Below the pieces are notes generated by a model, which was not told where the DNA came from, made no database searches, and was given only the letters and a program-made list of their open reading frames with translations. A program made the position numbers and the translations under genes. From positions 99,264 to 163,263 of IMG/VR virus record IMGVR_UViG_3300032234_000392: a stretch of 64,000 nt of DNA. One strand, written 5' to 3'. How positions within the stretch are numbered: the first letter of the stretch is position 1; each line of letters opens with the position of its first letter. Below are positions 36,522 through 46,205 of the stretch, piece after piece. The stretch comes from a virus. Taxonomy: Duplodnaviria > Caudoviricetes.

Positions 36522-37044
36522 GCATCATTTTAATAGCGAACTCAAATGCCACTCGAGCTTCGTCGCCTAGATCGTCTGTGAGTGTTTCACGAATAGCCAT
36601 CTTCATAGCGTCAGCATTATCAAAATCGTAGAACTTGCCACTGCTAATATGTGCTACCTGTTTCTTAATGATTTGGCCACCGAATAAGTCGCCCATATGA
36701 CGGCAGTATAGGTGCGCCTTAACCAAATGTTTGCGTTCTGGATCATTGCCTAATTTGTGTAAGTATGCTTGATATTCTAACGCAGCCTGTGTTAGATAGC
36801 AGTACGTGCCATCATCTAATTCTAAGAAGTCTGCATGGATAGCATGCAGTCGTGGCAATGTGGGCATTGTGTCAAGAAAACCCTGACGTTTACAATACCA
36901 CTCAATAGGATCGTACACTGCCATTAGATTGTACAGGTAATTTCTGTAATCTTCTTTGCCAATCTTACCACTGAGCAACATCTTAGCAAATTTAGTTGTT
37001 TCTGCCTCGTGGTGAAGGTCTTTGGTAATTTCTCTTAGACTCAT
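36499..37044 (-). CDS. hemO: heme oxygenase
   Basis: TKDLHHEAE (proximal His), AHLYCRHMGDLFGGQII. Confidence 0.9.
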   Translation of the reverse strand: MSLREITKDLHHEAETTKFAKMLLSGKIGKEDYRNYLYNLMAVYDPIEWYCKRQGFLDTMPTLPRLHAIHADFLELDDGTYCYLTQAALEYQAYLHKLGNDPERKHLVKAHLYCRHMGDLFGGQIIKKQVAHISSGKFYDFDNADAMKMAIRETLTDDLGDEARVAFEFAIKMMRDLYAGE

Positions 37045-37340
37045 TCTTCCTCTACCTGTATGCGTAACGGGCTACCGTTTGATCGAGCAATGCCTGTAGC
37101 TTCGATGCCTTTTTGTTCGGCAATTTCATAAGGATACACACCAGCAATACCACTGCCTGTTTCGTGTATTTCTAATGTAATATCCTTGGCTGTAGATTCG
37201 GTATGTTTAAAGATGCCTGTTAACAGTTCGATAACCAATTCCATAGGAGTTTGATCGTCGTTTAAAAATATTACTTTCCATAATTTAGGTGGCTGTAGAG
37301 CAACTACTACTTTCTCTTCAACGCTGGTTGCTGTGGACAT
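37041..37340 (-). CDS. clpS: Clp protease adaptor ClpS
   Basis: WKVIFLNDDQTPMELV, IHETG.GIAG, PLRI. Confidence 0.9.
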   Translation of the reverse strand: MSTATSVEEKVVVALQPPKLWKVIFLNDDQTPMELVIELLTGIFKHTESTAKDITLEIHETGSGIAGVYPYEIAEQKGIEATGIARSNGSPLRIQVEEE

Positions 37341-37390
37341 CTGCTCTCCTGTTATGTTGGGGGAGTTTCCTCCCCCAGTACTATATTATA

Positions 37391-37825
37391 TTACTTAATT
37401 TCTACAATGTCAATCACTTTAGGTTTAGCTGACTCTGGAATGTTGCGAATTAGTTTAACAACCAACATGCCATTTTTGATCTCAGCCCCAACCACTTCAA
37501 TGTGCTCCGCCAAAGGAAATTCACGATTAAAGTCACGTGATGCTAGCCCGCGGTGTAGATATTGAACGGTTAGATCTTCTTCAGTTTGGCTTTCGCCTCT
37601 AACAACTAACACATTGTTTTCTACAGTCACAGCAATTTCATTCTTTTCAAATCCTGTTACAGCAACTTCAATCTCGTAGGTATTTTCACCTGTTTTGATT
37701 ATGTTGTGTGGAGGATAGTTGTTGGACACTTGGTTGGCAAATCTGCGTTCCATTGTGTCAAACATAGTATCAAAGCCAATTAGGGCTCTGTTTAATGCGT
37801 CTAGTCTAGTTAATGCGTTGTTCAT
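37391..37825 (-). CDS. small heat-shock protein (Hsp20/IbpA-like)
   Basis: IGFD, NYPPHNI, YLHRGLASRDF, NGML; start at MNNAL after AAGGAG. Confidence 0.92.
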   Translation of the reverse strand: MNNALTRLDALNRALIGFDTMFDTMERRFANQVSNNYPPHNIIKTGENTYEIEVAVTGFEKNEIAVTVENNVLVVRGESQTEEDLTVQYLHRGLASRDFNREFPLAEHIEVVGAEIKNGMLVVKLIRNIPESAKPKVIDIVEIK

Positions 37826-37881
37826 AAAAGTCTCCTTATAAAGTAAGAACAATGGGGGCCTCGAAAGTACCCCCTATATGA

Positions 37882-39786
37882 TTAGTCTGCTTTCTTCTCT
37901 GTGAAGGTAGCGTCAACTACATCATCTTGCGCAGGCTGTTGTGGAGCTTCGGCTTGTGCCTTGGCCTGTTCAGCTGCCTGTTTTTTATCTAACAATGTTT
38001 TCATTGCTGGATAAACCTTGTTGAGCTCTTCTGTGATTTTTTCAGCATCGTCACCTTTGGTAGCTTCTTCAACTGATTTGATCACCGATTCTAGCTCTGT
38101 AATTTCTGTTTCAGTTAGTTCAGATCTAAACTCTTCAAGATCCTTTTTAACTTCATGCATCTGTGCTTCTGCTGAATTACGTGTTTCAATAAGAGTACGT
38201 GCTTTCTTATCTGCTTCTGCATTTTCTTCAGCTTCGCGAATCATCTGCTGAATTTCTTCATCGCTTAGACCTGAGTTAGATTTGATTGTAATTTTGTTCT
38301 CTTTGCCTGTGGTCTTGTCCTTGGCACTAACATGCATGATTCCGTTAGCATCAATGTCAAGAGTGACTTCAATCTGTGGTTGGCCACGACGTTGTGGCTG
38401 AATACCTTCTAGATTAAATTCACCTAGCAATTTGTTATACTGAACAAGCTCACGCTCACCCTGGAATACCTTAATGGTCACCGCAGGCTGATTGTCTTCG
38501 GCAGTACTAAATGTTTGACTAGCTTTGGTAGGAATAGTTGTGTTCTTCTGTACCAACTTGCTCATTACACCGCCCATAGTTTCAATACCTAGACTTAATG
38601 GTGTAACATCAAGTAGTAGAACGTCTTTACGATCACCACCTAATACGTCGCCTTGAATAGCAGCACCGACAGCTACTGACTCATCTGGGTTAACGTCTTT
38701 ACGTGGTGCTTTGCCAAACAATTTTTCAACTGCTTCTTGTACCTTAGGCATACGTGTCATTCCGCCAACAAGGATAATTTCGTCAATGTCGGAGGCACTT
38801 ACGCCTGCATCTTTTAGTGCTGTCTTGCAGGGTGCGATTGAACGCTGAATTAACTCGTCAACTAGACTTTCTAGTTTTGAACGAGTAAGTTTGATGTTCA
38901 TATGCTTAGGACCACTAGCGTCAGCAGTAATGTAAGGCAAGTTGACATCTGTCTGTGCAGAACTTGAAAGTTCAATCTTAGCCTTTTCTGCTGAATCTTT
39001 TAGACGTTGTAGAGCCAGCATGTCTTTTGAAAGATCAACACCTGCTTCTTTCTTAAATTCCTCAACCAAATAATCCATAATGCGTTGGTCAAAGTCTTCA
39101 CCGCCTAAGAATGTATCGCCATTAGTGCTTAATACTTCGATTTGTTTCTCGCCGTCTACATTCGCGATTTCGATGATCGAAACATCGAAAGTACCGCCAC
39201 CAAGGTCGTAAACAGCCACTTTCCTGTCAGCTTTATCATCTTTATCAACACCATAAGCAAGAGCTGCCGCAGTAGGCTCGTTAATAATACGCAGTACTTC
39301 CAAGCCTGCGATCTGTCCCGCATCTTTAGTAGCTTGTCTTTGGCTGTCGTTAAAGTACGCAGGAACTGTGATAACGGCTTGAGTAACTTCATGTCCTAAA
39401 TAGTCCTCTGCTGTTTTCTTCATCTTGCGAAGAACTTCAGCTGAAATTTGTGGTGGTGCTAGTTCTTTGTCTACTGCCTTGACCCAAGCATCGCCATTCT
39501 TTGCTTCGAAGATTTTATATGGCATTAGGTCTAGGTCTTTCTGTACTGCTTCTTCTTTGAATTTACGACCAATTAGTCGCTTGGCAGCATAGATAGTGTT
39601 TGTTGGATTTGTCACTGCTTGGCGCTTGGCGCTAGCACCTACTAGAATTTCATCGTTAGCATAGGCAACGATTGATGGTGTAGTACGAGCACCTTCTGAG
39701 TTTTCAATTACTTTGGATTTGCCATTTTCAATAACGGCTACGCATGAGTTTGTTGTACCGAGGTCGATACCGATGATCTTAGACAT
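37882..39786 (-). CDS. dnaK: chaperone DnaK (Hsp70)
   Basis: [25 protein letters not shown], full-length canonical sequence. Confidence 0.98.
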   Translation of the reverse strand: MSKIIGIDLGTTNSCVAVIENGKSKVIENSEGARTTPSIVAYANDEILVGASAKRQAVTNPTNTIYAAKRLIGRKFKEEAVQKDLDLMPYKIFEAKNGDAWVKAVDKELAPPQISAEVLRKMKKTAEDYLGHEVTQAVITVPAYFNDSQRQATKDAGQIAGLEVLRIINEPTAAALAYGVDKDDKADRKVAVYDLGGGTFDVSIIEIANVDGEKQIEVLSTNGDTFLGGEDFDQRIMDYLVEEFKKEAGVDLSKDMLALQRLKDSAEKAKIELSSSAQTDVNLPYITADASGPKHMNIKLTRSKLESLVDELIQRSIAPCKTALKDAGVSASDIDEIILVGGMTRMPKVQEAVEKLFGKAPRKDVNPDESVAVGAAIQGDVLGGDRKDVLLLDVTPLSLGIETMGGVMSKLVQKNTTIPTKASQTFSTAEDNQPAVTIKVFQGERELVQYNKLLGEFNLEGIQPQRRGQPQIEVTLDIDANGIMHVSAKDKTTGKENKITIKSNSGLSDEEIQQMIREAEENAEADKKARTLIETRNSAEAQMHEVKKDLEEFRSELTETEITELESVIKSVEEATKGDDAEKITEELNKVYPAMKTLLDKKQAAEQAKAQAEAPQQPAQDDVVDATFTEKKAD

Positions 39787-39865
39787 TGTCTATCTCCTTA
39801 TAAAGTAAGATCTTGCTGAGCACTATGCTCTATAAACTGCCCACTAATTGGTGCAATTTACGTTT

Positions 39866-40432
39866 TTATTTATCACACTGATCTATAAGATCTTGAAAAT
39901 AAGATAAAAATTTATGATATGAATCAATACTGGTCATTGGTTCACGAAATTCTTGTAGTTTAGTAAAACTTACATCCGGTAAATTCCAGTCCTTGCCTCT
40001 TGAATACATAAAATTGTATGCTTCAACTGCCTGCTGCGTTTTATCAGCAATTTTAACTAGAGCTTCTTCTTGCTCAGTTGGGTACTTGATTTTTAATGCT
40101 GTGTAGATAGCTGTCATTAGACTATCTTCTAGTTTTTTAATCACAGCATGAATTTCTGGAATATGTTTTACAGGACTGGGTAAGTCGTTGATGTATGCTT
40201 CGGCAGCATCGTGAAGCAATCCGTACAGTTGTATGCTTGGGCCGTAATCTTTTAAATCTTCTGCAACTTGAATACAATGCTGTGCTACAGAGTACGGAGT
40301 GTACGGAATACTGTGTCCTGAAAATCTAGGCATACGACTTAGAGCCCAAGCAATATCTTCTATTACAATATCTGCAGGATTTGGATTTGAAACATCAATT
40401 TTACGACCAGATACTGTTTCTAGTGTAGCCAT
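39866..40432 (-). CDS. HD-domain phosphohydrolase (YfbR-like)
   Basis: RFSGH, YSVAQHC, LLHDAAEAY.D; start probably MATLE. Confidence 0.85.
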   Translation of the reverse strand: MATLETVSGRKIDVSNPNPADIVIEDIAWALSRMPRFSGHSIPYTPYSVAQHCIQVAEDLKDYGPSIQLYGLLHDAAEAYINDLPSPVKHIPEIHAVIKKLEDSLMTAIYTALKIKYPTEQEEALVKIADKTQQAVEAYNFMYSRGKDWNLPDVSFTKLQEFREPMTSIDSYHKFLSYFQDLIDQCDK

Positions 40433-40433
40433 A

Positions 40434-41015
40434 TTACCTCGTACTAGCAAACGGTGCAATATACTTTCCGTCGCCCATTGTTGATCCACGTAAAGCCCGA
40501 TATACGTTTTGTACACCTACTGCTTGATTCCATGCATCTTCTAAAGCATGGTGAGCTAATACTGGAGGACGATTAGGATTAATGCCAATATCAAATAATG
40601 TACGGGTGTCACGAACTTCCCAGAACTGCCAAGGAATAGCCTTGCCTACTTTGCGGAAAATATGCTCTAGAATAATAACGTCAAAGCCAGCACCGTGACT
40701 CCACACACGTTTTGCACCCCAACAAAATTTATATAGTTTTTGTACTGCTTCTTCAATGCTAATTCTATCTGTAGGATCAAAGGCAGCTTCTTGTGCTGCC
40801 TGGCTTTGATTGGCCCACCAGTCTAGGGTGCTCTGACTAACTGTGCAACCAATACGATCGCAACTGTCAACATCTACTTTTACATAAAACTTTTCGCAAG
40901 TAGGCTCATTTACATCATCGCCAAATGGATCAAACTTAACAGCACCGATTGTAAGGATAGTGGCTGATGGAAGAACATCGAGTGTCTCGAGGTCAATCAT
41001 TACATCTGAATTCAT
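40434..41015 (-). CDS. 3'-5' exonuclease (DEDDh, Rv2179c-like)
   Basis: MIDLETL, GAGFD, RDTRT, HHALEDA. Confidence 0.88.
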   Translation of the reverse strand: MNSDVMIDLETLDVLPSATILTIGAVKFDPFGDDVNEPTCEKFYVKVDVDSCDRIGCTVSQSTLDWWANQSQAAQEAAFDPTDRISIEEAVQKLYKFCWGAKRVWSHGAGFDVIILEHIFRKVGKAIPWQFWEVRDTRTLFDIGINPNRPPVLAHHALEDAWNQAVGVQNVYRALRGSTMGDGKYIAPFASTR

Positions 41016-41069
41016 TTTTAATCTTTCTGTAGTGTTTATATTACATTATAGCATAAAACTACTAATTTG

Positions 41070-41309
41070 TCAATACATTTTTTTAGGAAGTTGCTGATCT
41101 CGTAGTTTCTTACGCCACCGTGCTTTGGCAGCACCTTTGGCACGTTTACGAGCGGTAGTAGGCTTTTCGTAAAACTCTTTTTGCCGTAGAGTATCAAGTA
41201 GTCCGCTCTCCTCTACTTTCTTTTTAAAGCGTCTAAGGGCTTGATTGATATTTTCGTTTTCTTTAAGGGTCACGGTGCTGCCCTTAATTTTGTTATCCAA
41301 TTTACTCAT
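41070..41309 (-). CDS. rpsU: ribosomal protein bS21
   Basis: ALRRFKKKVE, KEFYEKPT..RKR. Confidence 0.9.
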   Translation of the reverse strand: MSKLDNKIKGSTVTLKENENINQALRRFKKKVEESGLLDTLRQKEFYEKPTTARKRAKGAAKARWRKKLRDQQLPKKMY

Positions 41310-41688
41310 GTTTTTTTACCATAGTCTCCAACAATGTTAAAACATCTTCAGTACTGTATATAGCACGATCATTGGCCAAATGCAGATCTTTTAGTGTACC
41401 AAAATAATAAGATTTGGCCTGAGCTGACAAATATCCAGTAATTGTATTATCTTCTGCATCTGCATTGAAAATAATCACGTCACTTTTAATTTTCTTATCT
41501 AATAACCAAGCAACACTGTCGCCGGTTCTCCAAACATAGTTGAGTATGTTGATACTGAAATTGTCAAACTGTAGTAGAGCATTAGAAATAATCTGTCCTT
41601 GCTCTTGTGTGAGATTGACTGCTAGTATTCTAATGCCATCTAAGGGTGCATCGTCTGGGGTAGTAATTACTAGGATTTTATCTGTCAT
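41302..41688 (-). CDS. hypothetical protein
   Basis: 128-aa ORF coupled to neighbours. Confidence 0.65.
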   Translation of the reverse strand: MTDKILVITTPDDAPLDGIRILAVNLTQEQGQIISNALLQFDNFSINILNYVWRTGDSVAWLLDKKIKSDVIIFNADAEDNTITGYLSAQAKSYYFGTLKDLHLANDRAIYSTEDVLTLLETMVKKHE

Positions 41689-43067
41689 TTCTTAGCGTCT
41701 TGAATTCGTTGCCAAATTGTTCGCTCGCTTTGTTCAGCATTTTGTTCGTATCCATCTAGTGTTTTTTTAATCTGATGTCCGTCTTTATTTTCCATCCATG
41801 CTATTTCGTTTTTTTTAGATTCGTTATCTGATAGATAATCGCCCGGACGTTCTTCTAGTTGTTCTTGCGCCCATTTGGCAGCTTCTAAGGCAGCTTCCCT
41901 ATCTGTAAAATCTGCTTGAGGTTTGAGATAGTCTTCCCAAGGCAAGTGATCGATGATACCACGTTCGAATAGTCTGCGTTGTGCCTTTAATGAACTATCT
42001 GGATGATCATGTTTCCATGCAGTCATAGCTGCTTTTTCTGATATAGTTGCTGTTTCTAATATTTCGTTATCTTCTTTTTCTTCAGTTTCTTTAAGGTCAG
42101 CAATAGGTTCATCATTAACATCTTCGGCTACTAGGTACTGAGTGCCTAAAGGCATTGCTGGCACATAGTCGCTGTGACGTTTTTCTGCTTCGGGTAAGGT
42201 ATCTTCAGGAGCGGGTTCATCGGTTGTGACAGTAGGTGTGTCCTCAGACTCACTGCTTGTAGGGCTGTCACCCTCCGTAGTTTCTTCTTCTTTTCTAAAC
42301 CAAGCAAAACTGTATTGGCTAGCTAACAACAGGATAACTGCTAATGGATCAAAAACAAAAACAATAATTATAATAACCCATGTCACTGCTTTTTCTAAAA
42401 CATTGGCATCTGGGTTTTCGCCGTAGATTAGCGAGGCAATGTATTTGATAGGGCCAACTTCTGCTTCTACTGCTCTTAGGTCTTTGGCAATAGGTGCTCG
42501 TTCTTCATTGTAGGCAGCAATTTTCTTTTGGGCTGCGGCAATTTCGTTTTGTAAAACAGTTCTTTCTCTCTGCTGACTACGGCGCAAAGCCACAGCTTTA
42601 TCGGCACCCTTTTCATCTGAACTTCGAGCAATAGTTTGATCAACAGTGGCATCCATCTGTGTTAGAGATTTACGAGCCGCTTCAATATTGTCACGTTCAG
42701 TTTTGATCTTTTCATCAATAATGGCTACTTTGGCTGCAATGTCGCCGGTGGGCACTGCTTGATCTAAATGTGCCTTTGATAGGAATCCAAAAATACCCAT
42801 TGAAGTGATCAGCATCAATACTGCTATGGCCGTGAGCAAATATGCTCGCATCAGCTTTGGTGCTCGACTCCAATTCATCTTGAGCCAAACAGTAGCAACT
42901 AGCTTGCTGATTTCTAGAGTCACGCCCATGATGATAATAGGAATCGCTGCAGCCGCAAAGATAGCCACGAGACCTGCTACCGAATACCAAACGGCAACAG
43001 CGGATATAGTTAATCCGCTGATTAATGCAAGATAGGCAATGGCCCGATCACTTGAATATATTTTCAT
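41685..43067 (-). CDS. multi-TM coiled-coil membrane protein
   Basis: N-terminal TMs, ITSMGIFGFLSKAH, VFDPLAV. Confidence 0.7.
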   Translation of the reverse strand: MKIYSSDRAIAYLALISGLTISAVAVWYSVAGLVAIFAAAAIPIIIMGVTLEISKLVATVWLKMNWSRAPKLMRAYLLTAIAVLMLITSMGIFGFLSKAHLDQAVPTGDIAAKVAIIDEKIKTERDNIEAARKSLTQMDATVDQTIARSSDEKGADKAVALRRSQQRERTVLQNEIAAAQKKIAAYNEERAPIAKDLRAVEAEVGPIKYIASLIYGENPDANVLEKAVTWVIIIIVFVFDPLAVILLLASQYSFAWFRKEEETTEGDSPTSSESEDTPTVTTDEPAPEDTLPEAEKRHSDYVPAMPLGTQYLVAEDVNDEPIADLKETEEKEDNEILETATISEKAAMTAWKHDHPDSSLKAQRRLFERGIIDHLPWEDYLKPQADFTDREAALEAAKWAQEQLEERPGDYLSDNESKKNEIAWMENKDGHQIKKTLDGYEQNAEQSERTIWQRIQDAKK

Positions 43068-43077
43068 GAAATAGTAT

Positions 43078-43548
43078 TTATTCCCTTACCCATCGCCAAT
43101 TTGTGTGTGCATTATCATAACAGGCAGTGGCAGCCATGGTTTTTTCTACACCATAGGCAATGGTTTGAATATGCACACGTCTACAGTAGCCATTACCGGT
43201 AGGCCATGTCATCACAGGCACTGCTATACCACTGGCGTCATTTTTATACCAAGTGACTCTCTGACCATTTTCTGCCATCATAACTGCATGATGAATAGTA
43301 CTATGATACGCTTCTTTCTGCTCACTGTCAAGTGTTCTAAACCAACCAAATGTAAAGTCTACTAATCTATTAGCAAACTCGCCTGATCGATATTCAAAAA
43401 ACTTTGGATTAGAAACAGTATTAGCCTGTGCTGGACTAATAGCCACCAGCATTAACAATTTCCCAACTACCATCAGGTTTCTGACAGCTGATACCTTTAC
43501 GTTGAACATCACGTCCTCCAATCTGCATCCAATAAGTAAATTCTCCAC
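43078..43548 (-). CDS. 17-kDa surface-antigen-like protein (start probably further downstream)
   Basis: VTWY..ASG, YCRR..ATAC..W pattern. Confidence 0.55.
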   Translation of the reverse strand: MENLLIGCRLEDVMFNVKVSAVRNLMVVGKLLMLVAISPAQANTVSNPKFFEYRSGEFANRLVDFTFGWFRTLDSEQKEAYHSTIHHAVMMAENGQRVTWYKNDASGIAVPVMTWPTGNGYCRRVHIQTIAYGVEKTMAATACYDNAHTNWRWVRE

Positions 43549-43789
43549 AATTTGGTGCCATGCCGGACCTTACTTGGAAGAGCTTTTTAATTTGATCGTC
43601 TGTACATTCGACCACAGTTTCGCTGTTTACACGTTCGCCATTTTGTGTTTTAATAGTTTGGCTAGTGTGGCAGTACTGTGGTTTCTGAGCAACCTTTTTG
43701 GGAGCCGATGAACAGCCAGACAATACTACCAACATACCTGCTAGAATAATAAACACCCAAAGGGCGTTCTTAGCTCGGTAAGCGTTCAT
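43436..43789 (-). CDS. lipoprotein
   Basis: lipobox LSGC; CQKPDGSWEI. Confidence 0.7.
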   Translation of the reverse strand: MNAYRAKNALWVFIILAGMLVVLSGCSSAPKKVAQKPQYCHTSQTIKTQNGERVNSETVVECTDDQIKKLFQVRSGMAPNCGEFTYWMQIGGRDVQRKGISCQKPDGSWEIVNAGGY

Positions 43790-44265
43790 TATTGTGCTTT
43801 CTGTTTGGCTTCTGCCATCAACTGTTCAAAGGTACTCTTTTTCATTTCAAGACGAACATAAGTGTAATGACGTCCGTTCATAGTGAAATGACCTTTTTCA
43901 CTCTTAACATGTTTGCGGATAGCAGTATCCTGAACTTTGTAAGAAATCATAGTACGAGTAGATTTCTTGTCATTAACAATGTCAATTACAGTTTCTGAAT
44001 TCACTGTGCCGTTGATACGTTTGGCAAAGTTATTCATTGCAATAGCATCCATTTGTTCTTCAGCGGCTTGTGCGTATGCTGATTCACCTGCACCACAAGC
44101 ATAGACCATATCTTCTTTCCACCAGAACCAGCCCTTAACACCTTCTTGGGCACAGTCTTTGTACCACGATGGTTGTGCGTAAGTTTTACGCTCTGGAATA
44201 TCTTTCATTGACGAACAGCCAGTAATAGCCACTGCCAACATGCCTACCAAAATTGCCTTTTTCAT
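43789..44265 (-). CDS. LPP20-like lipoprotein
   Basis: MKKAIL..ITGC lipobox, QPSWY. Confidence 0.7.
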   Translation of the reverse strand: MKKAILVGMLAVAITGCSSMKDIPERKTYAQPSWYKDCAQEGVKGWFWWKEDMVYACGAGESAYAQAAEEQMDAIAMNNFAKRINGTVNSETVIDIVNDKKSTRTMISYKVQDTAIRKHVKSEKGHFTMNGRHYTYVRLEMKKSTFEQLMAEAKQKAQ

Positions 44266-44355
44266 ATTTGCCTCTTTCTGTGTGTGAAAACATTTACTAC
44301 AATACATAGTATAACAGGATCCGAAGATCCTGTCAATCAATCATTTACCAAAATG

Positions 44356-44661
44356 TTATTTGAAGAATATCAGTGCCATCATTACTGATTGTACGATAAA
44401 TCCAAAACCAATCGTGACCACATTCAACATGTCCTTTTGAACGGCCGCTTTGATAAACAACAATGTAAGTCCTGCCCAAACTAACAATACCAAATCAACC
44501 CCTGGCAATCTGTCAGTGAGGCCAGCCATTACTGCCAATAGGCTAGGAATAGTTGATGCGTGTAAAACTACTACTGCTAGCCAACCAAATGTTTCAGATG
44601 AGATTGCTGTAAATTTGGTTGTGACAAATGTCTTAAAAGTTTGAATATTAAAGTTTAGCAT
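44356..44661 (-). CDS. small multi-TM membrane protein
   Basis: hydrophobic helices; start probably MLNFN. Confidence 0.65.
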   Translation of the reverse strand: MLNFNIQTFKTFVTTKFTAISSETFGWLAVVVLHASTIPSLLAVMAGLTDRLPGVDLVLLVWAGLTLLFIKAAVQKDMLNVVTIGFGFIVQSVMMALIFFK

Positions 44662-45217
44662 AGTTGTTGCCTTTCGATTTTGGTTTGTAGAAAATGTGTT
44701 GTCCAATTTGTCCTATCTTTTGTAAAGGCCATTGGGGATTTACATAGTTGGCATGATAGTAGAGGGCTTCTTTAAGCACACTCAATTCAAAACCTTCTAG
44801 TAAAACTTTTTTGGCAACCTCATAACTTTCATTATAGGCTGCTTTGTTAATAGGTCTATTTTTGTGTACAGAGTCACATGCCCATGAGAATTGACATACA
44901 ACTCTTTCCATAACAACATTCTTTTGATAGACCACACCACAGACGTCTTTACCGAAACGTCCATCTTTAACACGATTCATAGTGACCTGTGCTACTGCTA
45001 CTTTACCTTCGAATGGCTCATGGCCTGCTTCGCGATAGATATTGATTGCTAGGCAATCTAATTGTTGTTCGCGAACTTTGATCGAAACAACATCGGGTGA
45101 ATAATACCCGCTTTTTTCTTTTAGAGTTGAAAACTTAGTAGCGGTAATAGTTTGCACCAAAACAGCCACGGCTAAAAATCCCACAAGGTAGGATACTAAT
45201 TTAATTGACTTTTCCAT
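44648..45217 (-). CDS. cell wall hydrolase (SleB / Hydrolase_2)
   Basis: CLAINIYREAGHE, VAQVTMNRV, CQFSW, YYHANYVNP, IGQHIFY. Confidence 0.9.
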   Translation of the reverse strand: MEKSIKLVSYLVGFLAVAVLVQTITATKFSTLKEKSGYYSPDVVSIKVREQQLDCLAINIYREAGHEPFEGKVAVAQVTMNRVKDGRFGKDVCGVVYQKNVVMERVVCQFSWACDSVHKNRPINKAAYNESYEVAKKVLLEGFELSVLKEALYYHANYVNPQWPLQKIGQIGQHIFYKPKSKGNNYAKL

Positions 45218-45234
45218 AAGTCCTCCTTTCATTT

Positions 45235-45465
45235 GGTGTAGTTAAAAAACACTACATTACATTAAGGGAGTAACTTCACGAGGCTCAAAAAAGAACCCTG
45301 ACATACGTGTAGTTGTCTCCATTGGACGCATGATCTCATAACTCATGTGCCTTTGGAGCCTTGACCGCCCGAATCTCACGGGTTTCTCATTGGCCAAGAC
45401 TCGCGGATTTGAACTGTACTGCATCGCTCCGTTCAAACCTACTATCTTGTTTCTTTGCGAAACGT
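45235..45465 (-). ncRNA. candidate structured RNA/leader upstream of the cell wall hydrolase
   Basis: helices GTTTGAAC/GTTCAAAT, CTTGGCC/GGTCAAG, CCCG/CGGG, CATGA/TCATG, GGGTTC/GAGCCT. Confidence 0.5.
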
Positions 45466-45510
45466 ATATTATATAGTTCATATACAGTATTATACACTCT
45501 AAATTGGCGA

Positions 45511-45897
45511 TTATCGACGCATTTTGGAGATCTCAACAGCTTCTTCGTCCGAAAAGATAGGAACCGCATTTGATTTGTGCATAGTACCAATACCTTTGAT
45601 TTTGTCTCCGGTATAGACTTTGTCTGGTGCTTTTACACAAGGACCACCAGTAAATGGCAGACTAGCAATGTGTGGAGTTTCTCTACGATAAGGTTCTGAT
45701 TTTGGCTTCCATGTATCGGCAGCAAGTCCACGCTTACGCTTACGTTCTTCTGCTTCAATTCCCCATCTTTTTTGCAGGTCTTTCCAAGATTCTTCCAAAA
45801 ACTCCGCCTTTCTTTTTGCTTCGGCACTGGCCCATTTTTTCTTGCCTTTCTTTTTGCCTGTGGTACTGAGCCACGGGCCTTCCAAATGCATAGTCAA
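45511..45897 (-). CDS. conserved hypothetical phage protein
   Basis: YTG..IKGIGTMHKSNAVP motif; TTGACT-N17-TATAAT promoter at 45928-45956. Confidence 0.75.
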   Translation of the reverse strand: MTMHLEGPWLSTTGKKKGKKKWASAEAKRKAEFLEESWKDLQKRWGIEAEERKRKRGLAADTWKPKSEPYRRETPHIASLPFTGGPCVKAPDKVYTGDKIKGIGTMHKSNAVPIFSDEEAVEISKMRR

Positions 45898-45957
45898 AAT
45901 AAACTCCTAAGTGTTAATACAAATACTATTATACACTCTACAGAGATTAAAGTCAAG

Positions 45958-45980
45958 AAAAAGCCCACCGAAGCGGGCTA
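45958..45980 (-). terminator. intrinsic terminator after pqqA
   Basis: AGCCCGC-TTCG-GTGGGC-TTTTT. Confidence 0.75.
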
Positions 45981-46024
45981 ATCTTAATAACAGTCTCCTG
46001 TTTCCAAAAGACGTCTCATTATAC

Positions 46025-46096
46025 TTACTTGTTCATCACATACATTGTGACTTCGAAGCCAAAACGCATTTCTGTTGCTGCTGGTGTTGTCCACAT
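46025..46096 (-). CDS. pqqA: coenzyme PQQ precursor peptide (MWTTPAATEMRFGFEVTMYVMNK)
   Basis: W-x-x-P...R-x-G-F-E-V-T-x-Y PqqA signature with E-x3-Y; AAGGAGG RBS; own terminator. Confidence 0.93.
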   Translation of the reverse strand: MWTTPAATEMRFGFEVTMYVMNK

Positions 46097-46205
46097 AGTA
46101 GTCCTCCTTGTTAATAAAGATTAAGTACCGGTGTTGCCTTAGTACTTAGTATTATTATACTGAAGATCTACCATGTTTCACATACTGAAAATCATTAAAA
46201 TGATA

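Noticed and set aside
39866-40432. DatZ of a Z-genome (2-aminoadenine) pathway
   Set aside because: Generic HD hydrolase motifs only; no purZ in the window
45257-45590. ORFs 45257-45481, 45361-45573 and 45387-45590
   Set aside because: No convincing RBS, mutually overlapping, and the region is better explained as a structured leader
45911-46114. Plus-strand Cys-rich 67-aa ORF
   Set aside because: Antisense shadow of pqqA and its terminator
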